DNA of 64,000 nucleotides from Tubiluchus corallicola (GCA_030141605.1 JAQGDQ010000013.1:124001-188000); one strand, 5' to 3'; positions 39,501 to 57,902 are shown, counted from the first letter of the stretch. Notes: generated by a model from the letters alone, not told the origin. Made by a program: numbers and translations.

Positions 39501-41566
39501 ATGGCAAAAGGTGTATGAGAAAACTTTTTTTATTCGCTCACTTAATATAATAATTGTGTTTAGTTAATATCCGTTACAAATCGTATTCTAACTCTCATTT
39601 GACAGCTTTGCTCTGAATTCGTACACCAAGAATTAATATTCTGGTTTGAAAAACATTTACATTTTGCCGTGAAAACATTCATATTTTTCCTATTGTGCAT
39701 TTATTTTGCTTACTTTAGATGTCCGACCCCGGGCTGTGATGGATCTGGGCATGCTAATGGAAGTTTTCTAACTCATCGAAGTCTGAGTGGCTGCCCTCGT
39801 GCTACACAAGCTATCAAGCGCTCAAAAATCACCAACGATGAAGTCAACTTCATCAAGCACAAACTGGAAAATGGACAAGGTATATGTTGACCACACTTTT
39901 TTGCAGGATAGTCAGTACAGCTAACTGCCTTCCTATATGTTCATTGTATAGGATTACCAGGATAAACTTTCAATATTTCTTTATGTATGAAAGCTTGGTA
40001 CTTCTAATACTTCCTTATGTACAGGCTGACCCACTGACCTATATAAATATCTGCTTGTACCAGCTAATTATCATGAGCATGTAGCACTTTTGTATGTACA
40101 AGGTGGTCAGCAACTCCTGTTTAATGAGTGCAGGATTTCATAATCATTAATATTTCGGGCAAAAAGAATAGGAAAATATAAGCAGACCACGGTTCTTTAA
40201 AATACAAGCTTAACACTATTAATTCACTATTAATTAGGTCGCTCAGCTCTTTGTGCCTAAGAACATTATTCTGCTCTATTTAAGAGTTATTCAGCTAGTA
40301 TTTACTCATGCTGAGTACATTAATTTCAATAATTCTACTCTTAGAAATTATTTTTTGTCTCAAACCATTTGTACCGTTATTAAGTTTTCGGGTGTTTGAA
40401 GTTATTTTTACACTGCAACTAAATAATAGTAAGTTTAGTAAGTAACATTGCTGGGCTATTTTTCTTTGTTTAAAGACCATCTTTAGAAAAATTTAAAAGA
40501 TTATGCCTTTTCCAATTGTTTTGTGCTAAATGATGTTTCTTTTTAGCTTTAGAAGCAGATGAGGAATTACAACTTTTGGAAAATGATATTCAGGAATTAG
40601 TAAAGCAAAACAATGCAGTAGAAGCACAGATGATTAAACTCAGAGCTGAAATAAACATACTTGAACGAACTGCAAAGCAGGTACAGTCTCGTTGTCTAAC
40701 ACTGTGTGATAATATACTTTATGTGCTAATGTTACCTGGCATTTATCACATTTTGTAAACATTTACACTAATGAATCAAAATTAATTTGCACTTAAGGAT
40801 GGGATTTTAATGAAGAATGTAGTGAAAGTAGCAACATGTGCAATTTGCATGTGCATGCAGAGTTTCTGGTTAGTAAAACTGTATTGGTTAAAGTATGTAA
40901 AAATTTTCTCGTGTATTTGAACGAAATTGTGAGAATGAGCAATTTGAACCCAGAGAATGTCTTTTTCCATTATAAAATGGGCATACAAAGATTAAACTAG
41001 TATTATTAATTAGACATATAATGGAGTAAAAGTGTAACAGTTGAAAGTTGACCATGGGTTGGTCAGTCAAGGTTAAAAAGAGGATCTCCACCAAGAGTAT
41101 CACACTGGGAGGCCTAGTTTACGTAATTTGTAACAGTAACCAAACAATTCTAGTGTGATGAATAATGACTGACTTTGGTTAGGTTGTTCTAGATTATAAG
41201 GTAAGTTCCGTTTGTTGAAATCCGCTATGATTTCTGTGAAGATGAGAATTACCTCGTTGAATCTTTATTTAGTTGTCAGTAATAATTATTTTTTATTTGC
41301 AATTTTTCTTTTAGGCAGAAAAAGAAAACAATGTTTTACAAGCTGACAACGATGCTTTAACTCTGCAGTTGGACCAACTGAAAACTGGTCTGGTCAGTCA
41401 TCTGGGCGATGTCTCAATACCAGGGATAACTGAAAAATTGTCACCAGACAATTTTGACACTTTCATGGCCCGGCTGAAGAACATGTGTATTGACAACTAC
41501 GCAGCTGACAATGCTGATCTATACTACGCTGTCAAAAGAGCCTTACACAGCAAGCCACTTCTGTGA
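18548..41566 (+). CDS. MYT1: MYT1/MYT1L/ST18-family C2H2C zinc-finger transcription factor, ~1576 aa. join(18548-18571,20932-21088,27170-27264,27512-27566,27792-27876,28445-30432,30781-30915,31156-31246,31364-31431,33514-34648,36106-36168,36673-36807,38324-38386,39016-39105,39719-39879,40547-40680,41315-41566)
   Basis: Six CPxxGCxGxGHxxxxxxxHRSxxGCP-type fingers in a 1+2+3 arrangement, the MYT1-domain motif [14 protein letters not shown] and a C-terminal coiled coil. All junctions are GT-AG and phase-consistent (4731 nt). The first two exons are less certain. Confidence 0.93.
20932..21088 (+). CDS. MYT1: MYT1-like, candidate N-terminal exon (ETKKGPRLL...LQTG)
   Basis: Strong poly-T acceptor tttttttgcttag|, g|gtgagt donor, open frame, phase 1 joining 27170. 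Confidence 0.6.
22067..22080. promoter_or_regulatory. RFX X-box in a MYT1 intron
   Basis: GTTGCTATGGCAAC, a near-perfect palindromic X-box (flanks extend the palindrome: cGTTGCTATGGCAACg). Confidence 0.55.
25440..25940 (-). mobile_element. Possible decayed LINE 5'/ORF1-like fragment
   Basis: G-rich (+) / C-rich (-) island unlike the flanking intron, with Pro/Ser-rich minus-strand ORF 25442-25765 and no host splice context. Confidence 0.3.
27170..27264 (+). CDS. MYT1: MYT1-like exon ([13 protein letters not shown]...)
   Basis: gattttag| and aag|gtatga, phase 1-0. Confidence 0.75.
27512..27566 (+). CDS. MYT1: MYT1-like exon ([12 protein letters not shown]...)
   Basis: tattttag| and cag|gtacaa, phase 0-1. 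Confidence 0.75.
27792..27876 (+). CDS. MYT1: MYT1-like exon, finger 1 ([21 protein letters not shown])
   Basis: Matches the first MYT1 finger; ttgcag| and tc|gtaagt. Confidence 0.93.
28445..30432 (+). CDS. MYT1: MYT1-like large exon (end of finger 1, VVGCP, plus ~655 aa Ser/Glu/Thr-rich linker)
   Basis: tttccag| and aag|gtaaac; ORF 28482-30470. Confidence 0.9.
30781..30915 (+). CDS. MYT1: MYT1-like exon, finger 2 ([29 protein letters not shown])
   Basis: Conserved finger; gatag| and c|gtaaat. Confidence 0.93.
31156..31246 (+). CDS. MYT1: MYT1-like exon, finger 3 ([26 protein letters not shown])
   Basis: Near-identical to the vertebrate MYT1 finger 3. Confidence 0.93.
31364..31431 (+). CDS. 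MYT1: MYT1-like exon ([14 protein letters not shown]...)
   Basis: ttttcag| and a|gtaagt. Confidence 0.9.
32657..32779 (+). CDS. MYT1: MYT1-like candidate cassette exon (41 codons, phase 1-1)
   Basis: gtctgttcag| and t|gtatgt; 123 nt, open and frame-preserving ([40 protein letters not shown]). Confidence 0.5.
33514..34648 (+). CDS. MYT1: MYT1-like exon containing the MYT1 domain
   Basis: [28 protein letters not shown] and the motifs LAMNLST, IDLSK, PLNLSK, PVDFST; ac|gtgagt donor. Confidence 0.93.
35229..35598 (+). CDS. MYT1: MYT1-like candidate alternative terminal exon
   Basis: ttttttccag| acceptor in the correct phase (2), ~122-codon open frame to TAA in an otherwise stop-rich intron. 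Confidence 0.45.
36106..36168 (+). CDS. MYT1: MYT1-like exon ([21 protein letters not shown])
   Basis: ttttttcag| and aa|gtcagt; aligns with the vertebrate LSGCPLADKS...QELK linker. Confidence 0.8.
36673..36807 (+). CDS. MYT1: MYT1-like exon, finger 4 ([28 protein letters not shown])
   Basis: Conserved finger; ag|gtaaac donor. Confidence 0.93.
38324..38386 (+). CDS. MYT1: MYT1-like 63-nt exon, finger 5 ([20 protein letters not shown])
   Basis: ctgtag| and ag|gtacat. Confidence 0.92.
39016..39105 (+). CDS. MYT1: MYT1-like exon ([14 protein letters not shown]...EGLV)
   Basis: ccctgcag| and gt|gtatgt. Confidence 0.88.
39719..39879 (+). CDS. MYT1: MYT1-like exon, finger 6 ([29 protein letters not shown])
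   Basis: Near-identical to the last vertebrate MYT1 finger. Confidence 0.93.
40547..40680 (+). CDS. MYT1: MYT1-like exon, C-terminal coiled coil
   Basis: [32 protein letters not shown]; cag|gtacag. Confidence 0.9.
41315..41566 (+). CDS. MYT1: MYT1-like terminal exon
   Basis: AEKENNVLQ...[17 protein letters not shown]...VKRAL, TGA stop. Confidence 0.9.
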   Translation, partial: AEKENNVLQADNDALTLQLDQLKTGLVSHLGDVSIPGITEKLSPDNFDTFMARLKNMCIDNYAADNADLYYAVKRALHSKPLL

Positions 41567-43133
41567 TACAAATTGTACATTCCAAATAATTCTACACAAA
41601 CCTAGTTTTATGAAATATCATTGTGACGTTAATAGATGTCTTAACGTGAGCTATGTTTTATTTAATGTGCATGCTTTATCGTGATGTGTAGATTAGTCAA
41701 TACTGGACATTAGTATTTTTAACTAAGTTTTATAGGTGGTGCACCTCACATTTGATATTTCGAGTTTATTTTTTGTGTTTTTCTATAAATTAATATCAAG
41801 CTTCAACTTTAACAGGGTACCTCAAAAGGTGCAGCTGCTTTCCAATGCAGTATTTTAAGATTATTTGCAAAATTTTTTAGATGTTGACCTCTCAGAGCTT
41901 CTCTTATTGCAAATCATGGTAGTGGCAATTTTAATGTCAATTTTGTTAATTGTGGCCATTATTTTTATTTCATTTTTACTTGTCGAAACACATACAACAT
42001 TTACAGGGTTGTTTAGGGGTTATATTGGAATATGCTTATGAAATGTTTGGTTTGCTATTTGTTTTATTCCTTCATGTTTTGCATATAGCTGTTTGCATGT
42101 TAAACTAAACTTAAGATGAAATGACAAGTTATTTTTTGCATAGACAACATGAAGTAAATTGATCTCACATCTTTTACTTATGATAATGAATGTATTCTTC
42201 TATAACAGGTACTTTTGCCTTTATACCATAAAAGACATCTTTCTGCCTGTACTTGCCAATTTCCCTTAAAGGGGTGTTTTATTTCTATAAAAGATTATTC
42301 AGGCATGACATCCCATGTATCTTATAATTTACTTGCTGCTTCCTGAATAAACAAGAACATTATAATCTGTTATTAAACATCTTAGATAATCAATCTTTGA
42401 ATGAAGTTTATCAATATGAGTAGCCATTTTGTCGTTTCTGTTAAAATTTTACGTGTGTATTTTCCATTACAATTTTCAGTTATGTAAATGTTAAACATTG
42501 TTCTTTTTTATTTAACGAACACCATACATTTTCACTGATGCGTATTACACACATTGCTATGTATAAGTAATAAGATAATTAAGACCATCTTGGCCTAGAA
42601 GGCTGTCGATCAGTCTTTGAAATATGCTAGTTCAAGTTATTTATATGTTTTATCGTCTTTTTTAAACTAAATTATTTATTTATTTGTTTTTGTGCACTTG
42701 CACTGGTACTTAAGTTGTGATTGCAGTCATACTTAGTGATAAATGTCATAGAATAGATTAAGATATTTATTCAAGTAAGTACTATTAGGTAAAAATGTGA
42801 TTTTATTAGCTTTGTGGCACGTATTTTGTTGAATAAGTTTAAATTGTGACATGTGCAACCAAAAGCATTTTTATACATTGAAGCTGCGCAAATCTTTTCA
42901 AATCTAAAAATCCATTTGTACACAAGTCTTATTTGTTTTACAAAATAGTTTGGGTTTATCAGCTAAAATGTACAGATATTTCAACATTTTCTTGGGTGTA
43001 AAGGATACAGGATATTACAAAAAATTGTGCTAATTTTTCTTCTTTATTGCATTGTGTGATGAGTAGAATAATTCGAAGTGCAGTAGTTATTTCCTTTATA
43101 CAAACTTGTTTACATATATATGTATGTAAACAT

Positions 43134-43407
43134 ATATTCGTATTGTAGAATTGATATTTAAGTAATTTATGTGTTTAGCCAATAAACTATTTATTAATAC
43201 ATGAATTATAATCTAACAATGAACTCCACTTGATGAAAATCTATTTGTTAGAAGATGTATACATTATGTGAATATATTTTTGGACCCATATTCGTATTGT
43301 ACAATTGAATGTTTAGGTGGTTTATGTGTTTATCCAATAAACTATTTATTACTACATGAATTATAATCTAACAATGAACTCCACTTGATGAAAGCTATTT
43401 GTTAGAA
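43134..43407 (+). repeat. Direct duplication of ~120 bp; each copy contains an AATAAA (candidate MYT1 polyA signals)
   Basis: Copies at 43134-43253 and 43288-43407 share ATATTCGTATTGTA...CCAATAAACTATTTATTA.TACATGAATTATAATCTAACAATGAACTCCACTTGATGAAA...CTATTTGTTAGAA. Confidence 0.9.
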
Positions 43408-46048
43408 CTTTATGTTAACTGCATGGTACCTCCAGATAGTTTATCAACTTCCTGTAACAATACTTTTGCTATTCAAAATGATGACTGTAGTTATGAAACT
43501 CGTGAGCAAATTATACTTCATGTCAAAAATGTATGTTAATTATAGCTCCCATATTGCTTTTTTGATCAAGGTGAACAAATTTCATATTTTAGAGCCCATA
43601 CGAGCTGTAATTACATACAATAATAGTCGAAATGCTCTTAACATGAAAAAATTTAATAATGAGAAAACTCTACATTTTGCGTTTCACTGTTATGAATAGT
43701 GGGCAGTTCCACATATATGCTATCATCATACTCGGTATCACTTTTGTTGCAGGTGAAGTAATTTGTGTATTGTGAATTTGTGTAAATGATCGAAAATTTG
43801 TTTACTCTGTGGCTTTTCAACTTCAATGTAAGATTACACATGACCAGTAAAAATTATATGGTTTTTACCGAAGCAGATTTATTAATTGCTTTGTGTGTGG
43901 GCTGAAAAATGCTACACTTGCCCATTGATTTTTTAAATCGTTCACAAAATACAAAATAAATATATGTTTCAAAGGCTAAGTTTTACTGCACAAAACCAAT
44001 ACACTTACAAGCCTACGTTGCAGATAAAATTCCACAACTCAAATTAACAGGTTATAAAGTTATGCATACCTATTAATAATATACAAATAGGCTTTTATAT
44101 ATATAATTACGACTGATTATGATATAACAACAAAATCATTTCCAAACTAATTGTTTCATACAATGAAACATTTTATATTATTACATGTATGTGTAGACAA
44201 AATACTTTAATATTATATAACACATGGGCGTCAACCACAGGTAAGAATAATATCCTAAACAACAAGAGTTGCCAATATAATGAATTAGCACACATCACAT
44301 TTTCCAATACAGACTAGATTGTGTACCACACTGCAATTTACGAGTCGACAGCAAGTAAAATCTAAGCCTCAAGATGTTTGCCTGTATTCCAATATTCAAA
44401 TAAATTATCACGAGGCGATTTGAAATTTTAAATCCTCAGACAAAACCACCCAATGAAAGAACCCTTTCACTTTACGATCATACTTATTCAAACCAATCAT
44501 ATTTTTGCATTTTAGTGATATTTAAAATTGGAAGTATAAAAAATTACAAAAACAAAACTGCCAATGAAAGCATTATTGGCATTTAATTTAGATCAATTTA
44601 AGTAAAACTTCGTACGGCTAAAACTTATGAGAAACCATACTTTAAGGAACAAATCTTGGCCAGAATAGGTCAAAGTAATTTTAAGTTTTTTTTTCATTAA
44701 GGCAGACAATAATTTTCAAATAAGTTTTTAACTGTACTATCAATTTTTACCAAATTTTGTGTAAAACAGTCTAGTCTCCTAACTGAAAATGCAAAAATAT
44801 AGCCTGTGTGATTTGTATAACTGACCATGACTGATATACGCTAAATGAACACCAGAATAATGCGAATAAAGATGGAGATCAAAGATGAAAGTCAACAAAA
44901 GGTTATAATGCAAGTCACAAAGGCAAATTTAAAAAGTGCCGTGTCACTTATTCACTTATTCTCATTAACTAACTGATGCTGTCCAAAATGGTCAAGATCA
45001 ACAACTTAAAAACCTAACAACTTCGTTCGCAACCAAATACCAGGAAAATGTGGATGCACGTGGGTCATGATTGAGGTCAGTGCCTCAGCGATCACTGTTC
45101 CAAACACCGAAAAAAGAGAATTTTAGTGGCACAGTATAGCATCAAGTCAGAAGATTCATTTTGTTAACTAAGAAAGGCATAAAATGTTACGGCAGGTGAA
45201 GATAATTTGAGGTCAATGTCATCAATATGAAAAATTAACATTTTAGTTCCTGTGTCCAGAAGATATCATGGCAGTATGTCTAACAAGTATCACAAGCATG
45301 CAAAAGACACCAGAATATAAAATGACAAGATCATGTCCAAAAGGTATTGATATAAAATATTCAAGATAAGGTAACAAGTGAGGCTTAATGGCACAGAGAA
45401 AAAAGGCTTTTCATGTACAATTAACTATGTGCAAGAGGGGAAAATAGCTGCAAAACCTTATCGAAAAAAACCAGAGGCTTTCTTATGTTACCTATCAATA
45501 ATGCAAAAATCTAAGGGATGTACTGAATAACAATAATGCAAAAGCAAAGCAACAAAGCTACAAATGTTTGGACTGGAGCCACAAACTGACTGTTACCAGA
45601 CACACCACATGTAAGTAGTAAATAAGAAGTAAAAAAAAATAAATGTTTGCAAACCAGATAAAACTAAGACAAGTGACAAGGCTACAAGCAAATTTGCCTT
45701 AATATTCACCAAAAATGACTAAGAATGCAAAGTAAAGCCAGAAGCATGCTATTTCTTGTCGAAAGTATGATTGCCAAGTGAAAAACAGTTGCTTTAATTT
45801 ACTTAGAATTACTTACTAAAATTTTACAGGTTTTGTTCTGTGAAAACTAAATTGTTTATAACTGACTAATGAATTGAAGCTGTTCACCAATCACCTATTT
45901 TAACTGATCATCACAAATTATCTGCTGACGCCCATTGCGAGCTGCAGCACATTAAACATAACGAATCTAACAAGCAAATCAACAACCGGGATTTTCACTT
46001 TTCAAGATCCGATGAATTTCCATGCAACATCTCATCTCTTTTCACAAT

Positions 46049-52020
<5,972 letters not shown>

Positions 52021-52249
52021 TCATTGCTACAGCAACATTAGATTTTCTTATTAGTATTAGAAATTAGTATTAATTTTTCCAGCAAAAATGAAATATGCAA
52101 AAATCTTTACAAGAATAAATTAATCCTAGTTTCAAAGTTATCACATTCGTTGATACACACTGCAGTATTATAATATTGTAAATTTTGATATAAGAATTGC
52201 AAAGTTTCTACGTGTTACTGCTTGTAACCTTCTGGTGTTCAGTGCCTAG

Positions 52250-52700
52250 CCACCACTTTATAAATCCAGGAGCTGCGCACCTGTCACAACACCCCAACCA
52301 GTAACTTCAGCGCAACATCATTGAAATAAACCATCTAACATACATGAACACACCATACCCTATATTTTGATCTTAACATTAAACATCCAAAAACTTCGGA
52401 ACATTTGCAACGGCAAAGTTTATGTTCAAATTTAACCACCAAATGTTGCCATCTTTCTTTTCAAATTATTACGCCACCGTTTCTACTGTATATTGCTGCC
52501 CAACTAGGTTTGCATGTAGCCAGTCATATTTTATTGAAAGATTCAACACTAACAAAAGCCAAAATTTTCCGGGATGTACAGATGCCATCTTATGGAACTC
52601 ACTGCCAAAACAAGTAAAGTCAGGGTTTTATTATAACTTTGTTAAAATACTTATTATAACTTTGCTTACCATATAATTAAAATTAGTTACCACTACTTCT
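52250..52700 (+). mobile_element. 3'-end fragment of a CR1/L2-group LINE
   Basis: Fragment FIERFNTNKSQNFPGCTDAILWNSLPKQVK resembles the LWNSLP C-terminal motif of CR1/L2/Crack ORF2, followed by a T-rich tail. Confidence 0.55.
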
Positions 52701-53871
52701 GTTTAATTATATTATTCAGCATGCTATTTGTTATTATTTTGTTCATATTGCGATTTTTCTGTTCAATACATTAGTGGTTCAAAGTTTTCTCCTTTTTGTT
52801 ATACTATAGTTTCGTTTCGATTTATTATTTTGTTTGCTAGGTCAAATTCTTACATTATGTTTTGACTTTAATATTTGTTTGATCTTTTTCTTGTATGACT
52901 TTGATGTTTTATTTTGCATCTTTATTCAAAGATTTATTTTTTGTCAATATTTTTGCTTGTTTTTTTTACAACATAGATTGTAAATTCGCTGTAAAATAAA
53001 ATTTTTTGCACCTAGTTATTATAATTGTTCATAAGGCAGCTACCCTGATGATCATATGTGGTGCTTTCACTGCCTTTCCTCCATTACATAACTTTATATA
53101 AAGATGTGATACCTCTAGAAACAGCTAATCTAGAACAAAGATGGCAATATCATTGATCTGGTAAATGCATAAGATTTTTAATGGTGATACTATACTGTGG
53201 TCAACTGATTTCTTTTTAGATCTTTCCATTGGCTTTGGGGACATTCTGATAAACTTCTTTGTCCTAGTGTTTGAACTAATGTATGGAACATTTCTTTGTT
53301 GATCATCGTGTGATTAGTTCATAGAATCGTCTCACAAACAATGTAAAAGCTTCAAAGAACATAAGACATAGACTTATATCAAAGTTATATAGACATAGTT
53401 CAAAGATTCATAAGTAAATTTAAAAGTTCAATGAAAGAAGCGGGCTCAATGCCAACTATAAATTAGCGTCACTAAACCATTCACTGATGGTTTTATATAG
53501 ATTTCTATTATAAATTTACAGTAATTGTTATTTTTAGAGAAAAATAAACTATTCAATTCAACCAGTAACTCATTACACGACACGTTTCAAATGGTAACAA
53601 AAACTAAGATTAGGCTAGCATAAGCTTTCTTTATTATGTAAGAAGCACCTTTTGTAAAATTCCGAGACGTAACCGAACAAAGAAAATGATCAGCTGATAA
53701 TGTCCTCGTCTTGACCCCAAATGAAAATCAAAACAAAACCATTTCAAAACAAAAACATCTGTTTGTGTTAGCTGATTTGTAACAATAGTGTTCATGTGTC
53801 TAAAACGACTCGTACGAATAGTTCAAAATAAGCCTGCAATAAAGTTATCAATGAAACATACAACATTATAC

Positions 53872-53980
53872 CTCAAAAATGCGTCCCTTATTAATACCTA
53901 AATATTTGCAACAATTTTCCAGCACACTAGTGACGTCGTCTTGCTACAGCAAAACATTGCTGTGCATTGTGGGAAATATG
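53872..53980 (-). promoter_or_regulatory. Probable PCMTD promoter and non-coding first exon, with ZNF143/Staf-type and CRE-like sites
   Basis: Donor gag|gtataa at 53872/53871 (minus); TGACGTC at ~53931; TTTCCCACAATGCAC (minus, 53962-53976) fits the Staf/ZNF143 SBS motif. Confidence 0.5.
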
Positions 53981-54109
53981 AAATAATCACGTGATTATAC
54001 CAGCTGACAAGCAGCTGACTGAGTTTGTTGCAGCAGAACTGGTTACATACTGCCGGGCGAATAAGCAAAATGAAAACATGACTTGTCCCTGCACCGGAAA
54101 ACCAGAGCT

Positions 54110-54480
54110 TTCATTTTCGCTTCAACGCTTCCCCTCTTTATTCCTCATTTGCCTCTTTTTTGCTCCTTCCCTTAATTTTTTTGCATTACCGCTAATCACC
54201 TTATATCCTCTTAACCCCTTTATTTTTCACGAAATACCGATACTGTTTCTTCGTCAATCTTTTTCTTTCGTTTATTCTTTTCTGTTGAGTTTTTACTTTT
54301 CTTTCTCCTTTTTCCATTTTTCATAGTTCTTTCTTTCTTTAGTGCTTTATTTATTCACTTACTTATTTATCCATTTATCTTTTTATTTTTCTGCATTTCC
54401 TTCTTCTTTTCTCTTATTTTATTTTTCTTCCTTTTTCTCTGTTTTCCTTTCTGTCTTTCCTCCCTCCTATATCGGAACTA
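54110..54480. repeat. Pyrimidine-rich low-complexity tract
   Basis: T/C-rich; explains the Phe/Leu/Ser ORFs. Confidence 0.7.
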
Positions 54481-54507
54481 GAAATTTATATTACCTCCCT
54501 TTTCAAC

Positions 54508-55507
54508 TCATCATCATCCCTGGAGTCACACGTCGTTTGACATGACCCTCCTGATCACTTTACTCCACACTGCCCTGTCACCCGCAATCTCCCATGTCTC
54601 TGTACTTTTGATATCTAATGGTGTGCTGATAAGATCCTTTTAGATGAAAATGGTGTAAGTCAGCAGCTGTCCTTCCCTTGTGGCTTCTTTTCTTTCTGCA
54701 GTGCTTCTTTGAAAGCTAACTTTGATGACCTGTCATCTGGTAGTCGCATAACATGTCCTATCCATTTTAATCTTCCTCTTTTGATTTTGATTGTCCATCA
54801 TTTTGAGTTATAGAGAAACACAGTTTCCCCAAGTGCATCAAAAATTCCTAATTTTGTATCCAGACTGATCCTCTTACTTTCAAAAATGTTTGTTCATATT
54901 CATGAAACTAGTGCTCAGATTTTTCTTCTTGATATATCTTCATCTGTTGCTAGAAGCCTGCCAAAGTATTTCTTCCATGCAGCATCTCCATTCCATTTTA
55001 TGTGATACTCTTCTGTTTTATCTTTATTTAGTATGAGATCCACTTCTTTTAATTTTTTTCTATTTTGATTTTGATATCATCTATTTCACCTTTGGTTCTA
55101 GCTATCCATGCAATATCATCAGCATTGTGCAAGTCTATGGTAGTAGGGAATTTCGTTTTATTAGCATAATTGTGTTCTAATCATGTTCCCGATAGTAGCT
55201 TTCCTGGATCCAGATTTGTATAATTGTGGTCACAAAGTTTTTTCTGGGTGTACTGTTCCTGTCCATTAAGGGAAGTACTGTTCCTGTAGCAAGGTAAGTG
55301 AAGAGAACAGGACTTAGGCATTCTCCATGAGGTATGCCCTTGTTTGTGGAAAATGAATCACTCAGTCAGCTTTCACATCTAACACTAATTAGAAGATCTT
55401 CCAATAATATTGATATTGTATGAATTTCGTCAGGATTAAATAGTTCTTGTAAGTAGTGTACCAGTGTCTTTCTTCGAACTGAGTCAAATGTTTTGCACAT
55501 GTCCACG

Positions 55508-55539
<32 letters not shown>

Positions 55540-56075
55540 TGAATAATCTGCTGAAGAGATGGCCTTTTCTGCAAGTATCTTGCTAGTCTTAACAAATTCT
55601 GTTGTATTTTTACCAGGCTGGTGAACTGCTTGACTTTTAGGAATAGATTGATGCAGTCCGTTATAGATCCTGTTCAGCATACATATCGCTAGAATTTTTC
55701 TTATTATGGCTAACATCATCAGCAGTCTTAGATTTACTACTGGTCCTCTCTTTTTTCCAGGTTTTGGCAGAAGTATAAGAATGCATTTTTGAAGATCTCT
55801 TGGAAATATTCCTGTTTCAGCAATATTATTTAAAATCGTTGCTATTGATTTATAAAGTGCATCTGTTCCGCATTTAAGTAATTCTGCATTGATTTCATCA
55901 ATCTCTGTGCTCTTGTTGTTCTTTAGTGACCTAGTTGCAGATTTAACTTCATCCGTTGTAAAAGGTGTGTTCATGCGATGAGGTTCATCTTTGTTAATTT
56001 TTCATGTATTTTTATCATTGAATACATTTTGAAAAAATTCTGCAATGACCTGCGCCTCTTGATATGGGTCAGTAG
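54508..56075 (-). mobile_element. 5'-truncated, decayed RTE-clade non-LTR retrotransposon (reverse transcriptase region to 3' tail)
   Basis: ORF 55366-55974: PFTTDEVK..LKNNKS..IDEINAELLK..LLPKPGK..NLR..FVDMCKTFDSV. Downstream frames give GIPHGECLSPVLFT, RLKWIGHVMRLP and IAGDRAVW, and a (GAT)n tail sits at 54508-54518. Frameshifts and stops are present. Confidence 0.85.
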
Positions 56076-56349
56076 TCAATTCAAATAATTCAACTCATTT
56101 GAATGGAAAGATGGGTTAAGAACCGGCCGAAATGAAATGAGATAAGGTGGGTTAAGCTAAATTGAGAAATGAGTTAATTTGAGGGCTGAGTCCAAGAGGA
56201 AGGAGGGAAAACAGAAACAGCACTGTAGAGAGTGTAAGAAAAAGGAAAGACTGAAAAAGAGAACAGACGAAAGGAAAATACAGAGACAGAAAAAACAAAA
56301 GTGAAAAGAAAAAGGAAGGGGAAAAAGTGTAGATCAAGTGATATATGCC

Positions 56350-56417
56350 CACACACATGCATGCAACACACACGCACGCGCGGACACATGCACGCACGCA
56401 GGCACACACACGCACAC

Positions 56418-56474
<57 letters not shown>

Positions 56475-56476
56475 CA
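56350..56476. repeat. (CA)n/(CACG)n microsatellite
   Basis: Directly visible. Confidence 0.95.
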
Positions 56477-56776
56477 GACCCTGTTTTGCGAAACTGTTAC
56501 AGTTAATATTGATTGTAATAGTAATGGTACAAGACTGTCATAACGATATCAATCGTTCGTTAAAAAAGAATGTGGTTTTGAAATGTATGGTCATATACTT
56601 TATTGTGAAATGTTTTAGGAACAATTGCATTTTTTATATTTTTATGTTGTTAACAGAGTATATGCAGTCATAAATATATAGCGCACAGCAGAAGAAAATG
56701 AGAGCAGAAGAGAAAAAAATACAAAAAAAATACCGAGTTACATAACTCACATTCAAGAAATAACTGCATGAGTTAG

Positions 56777-57902
56777 CATGGGCGTACGAGGCGGGGTCAC
56801 GGAGGCAGTTGCCTTCCCAGGGCAAATGAATTGTACATTTTCAGGCCAAAACCTGATTATTTTTAGGGCAAATAATTTTCTTTTAAATTTTCAAAATTTA
56901 AGATTTCAATATTCAAAAACTGTTTACGTACTCCATTGGGTCTACCTCTTTTCACTGGCTAAATATAAAGTCTTTCTTACTCGACAAATTGTTGGTAATT
57001 TTTAATTATTGTAAAGTTATAATAGTACCTGCTATCAATTTTGGATCGCTAAACCTCAAAAGTCTTTTTACACTTGTTAAGTACGTGCTCTTCAAAGTTG
57101 GCAAATCTATTGACATGTTTGCAGAAAGAAAACATTGGCATCACCATTATTTCTTTTGAAGTTTTGAAACGTTAGAAAAAGTATTGTGAAAGTATGTGCA
57201 TGTTTTTTCAGTGAAAATGCAAACTTTTGGCTCGTTTTTTGTTAGACTCGTGATTTTTAGCAAAGGTTGTTATAATTTGGACTTTTTACATTTATATACT
57301 ATTGTTATCGCAATTGCTGTGAGTGGTCAGGAAATGATTGCCCCCTCACCAGTGCAGAAGAAATAAATAGATAAAAACTGCTAAAACTATTATAAAGAGC
57401 ATTTAATTTTAAGTGGAAAACACTTATTTTAATATCCGTTATTCGCAGCACAAACTGCCAGAACTGAGCAGGGGTACAATTCACGTTGGTTTCTCAGTAG
57501 GAATAGTGCGTTTCTCATTTCTTTTTATCCATTCGTTAATTTTTCATTTCTGACAATAATTAGTGAAAAAAGTTTAAAAAACACATTAAAGAAAATATCA
57601 TAATGCTTAACATATTAAAAATACGTTTACATCTACTTGTGATTACTGTTATGTATAGCGAGGCGGTCATTTTTTGACACTGTGTATGTCATATTGATAC
57701 ATATACGTATAAAATACAAATCAGCATAAACATGTAGATCTGTAAATATTTTTCTTTTTAATCCCTTTTGTCAGTCTACATCCTACATAATTATGTAGTC
57801 CATTGTTTGCACTTATTTTGAATTACTCAGAACATGGCAACTTAAAAAATTTTCAGGGCAAATTACTTATCTCCCAGTTGATAAATTCCCCCCTCCCCCA
57901 TG
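56777..57902. mobile_element. Non-autonomous hAT-like DNA transposon (~1.1 kb) with 8-bp TSD
   Basis: Ends CATGGG...CCCATG, GC-rich subterminal regions with repeated cagggcaaat, and flanks tgagttag (56769-56776) / tgagtcag (57903-57910), 7/8 match. Confidence 0.6.

Noticed and set aside
53991-54545. Phe/Leu-rich membrane-protein-like ORFs
   Set aside because: Products of a T/C-rich low-complexity tract.
56152-56673. CVRA/HART repeat ORFs
   Set aside because: Translations of the (CACG)n microsatellite.
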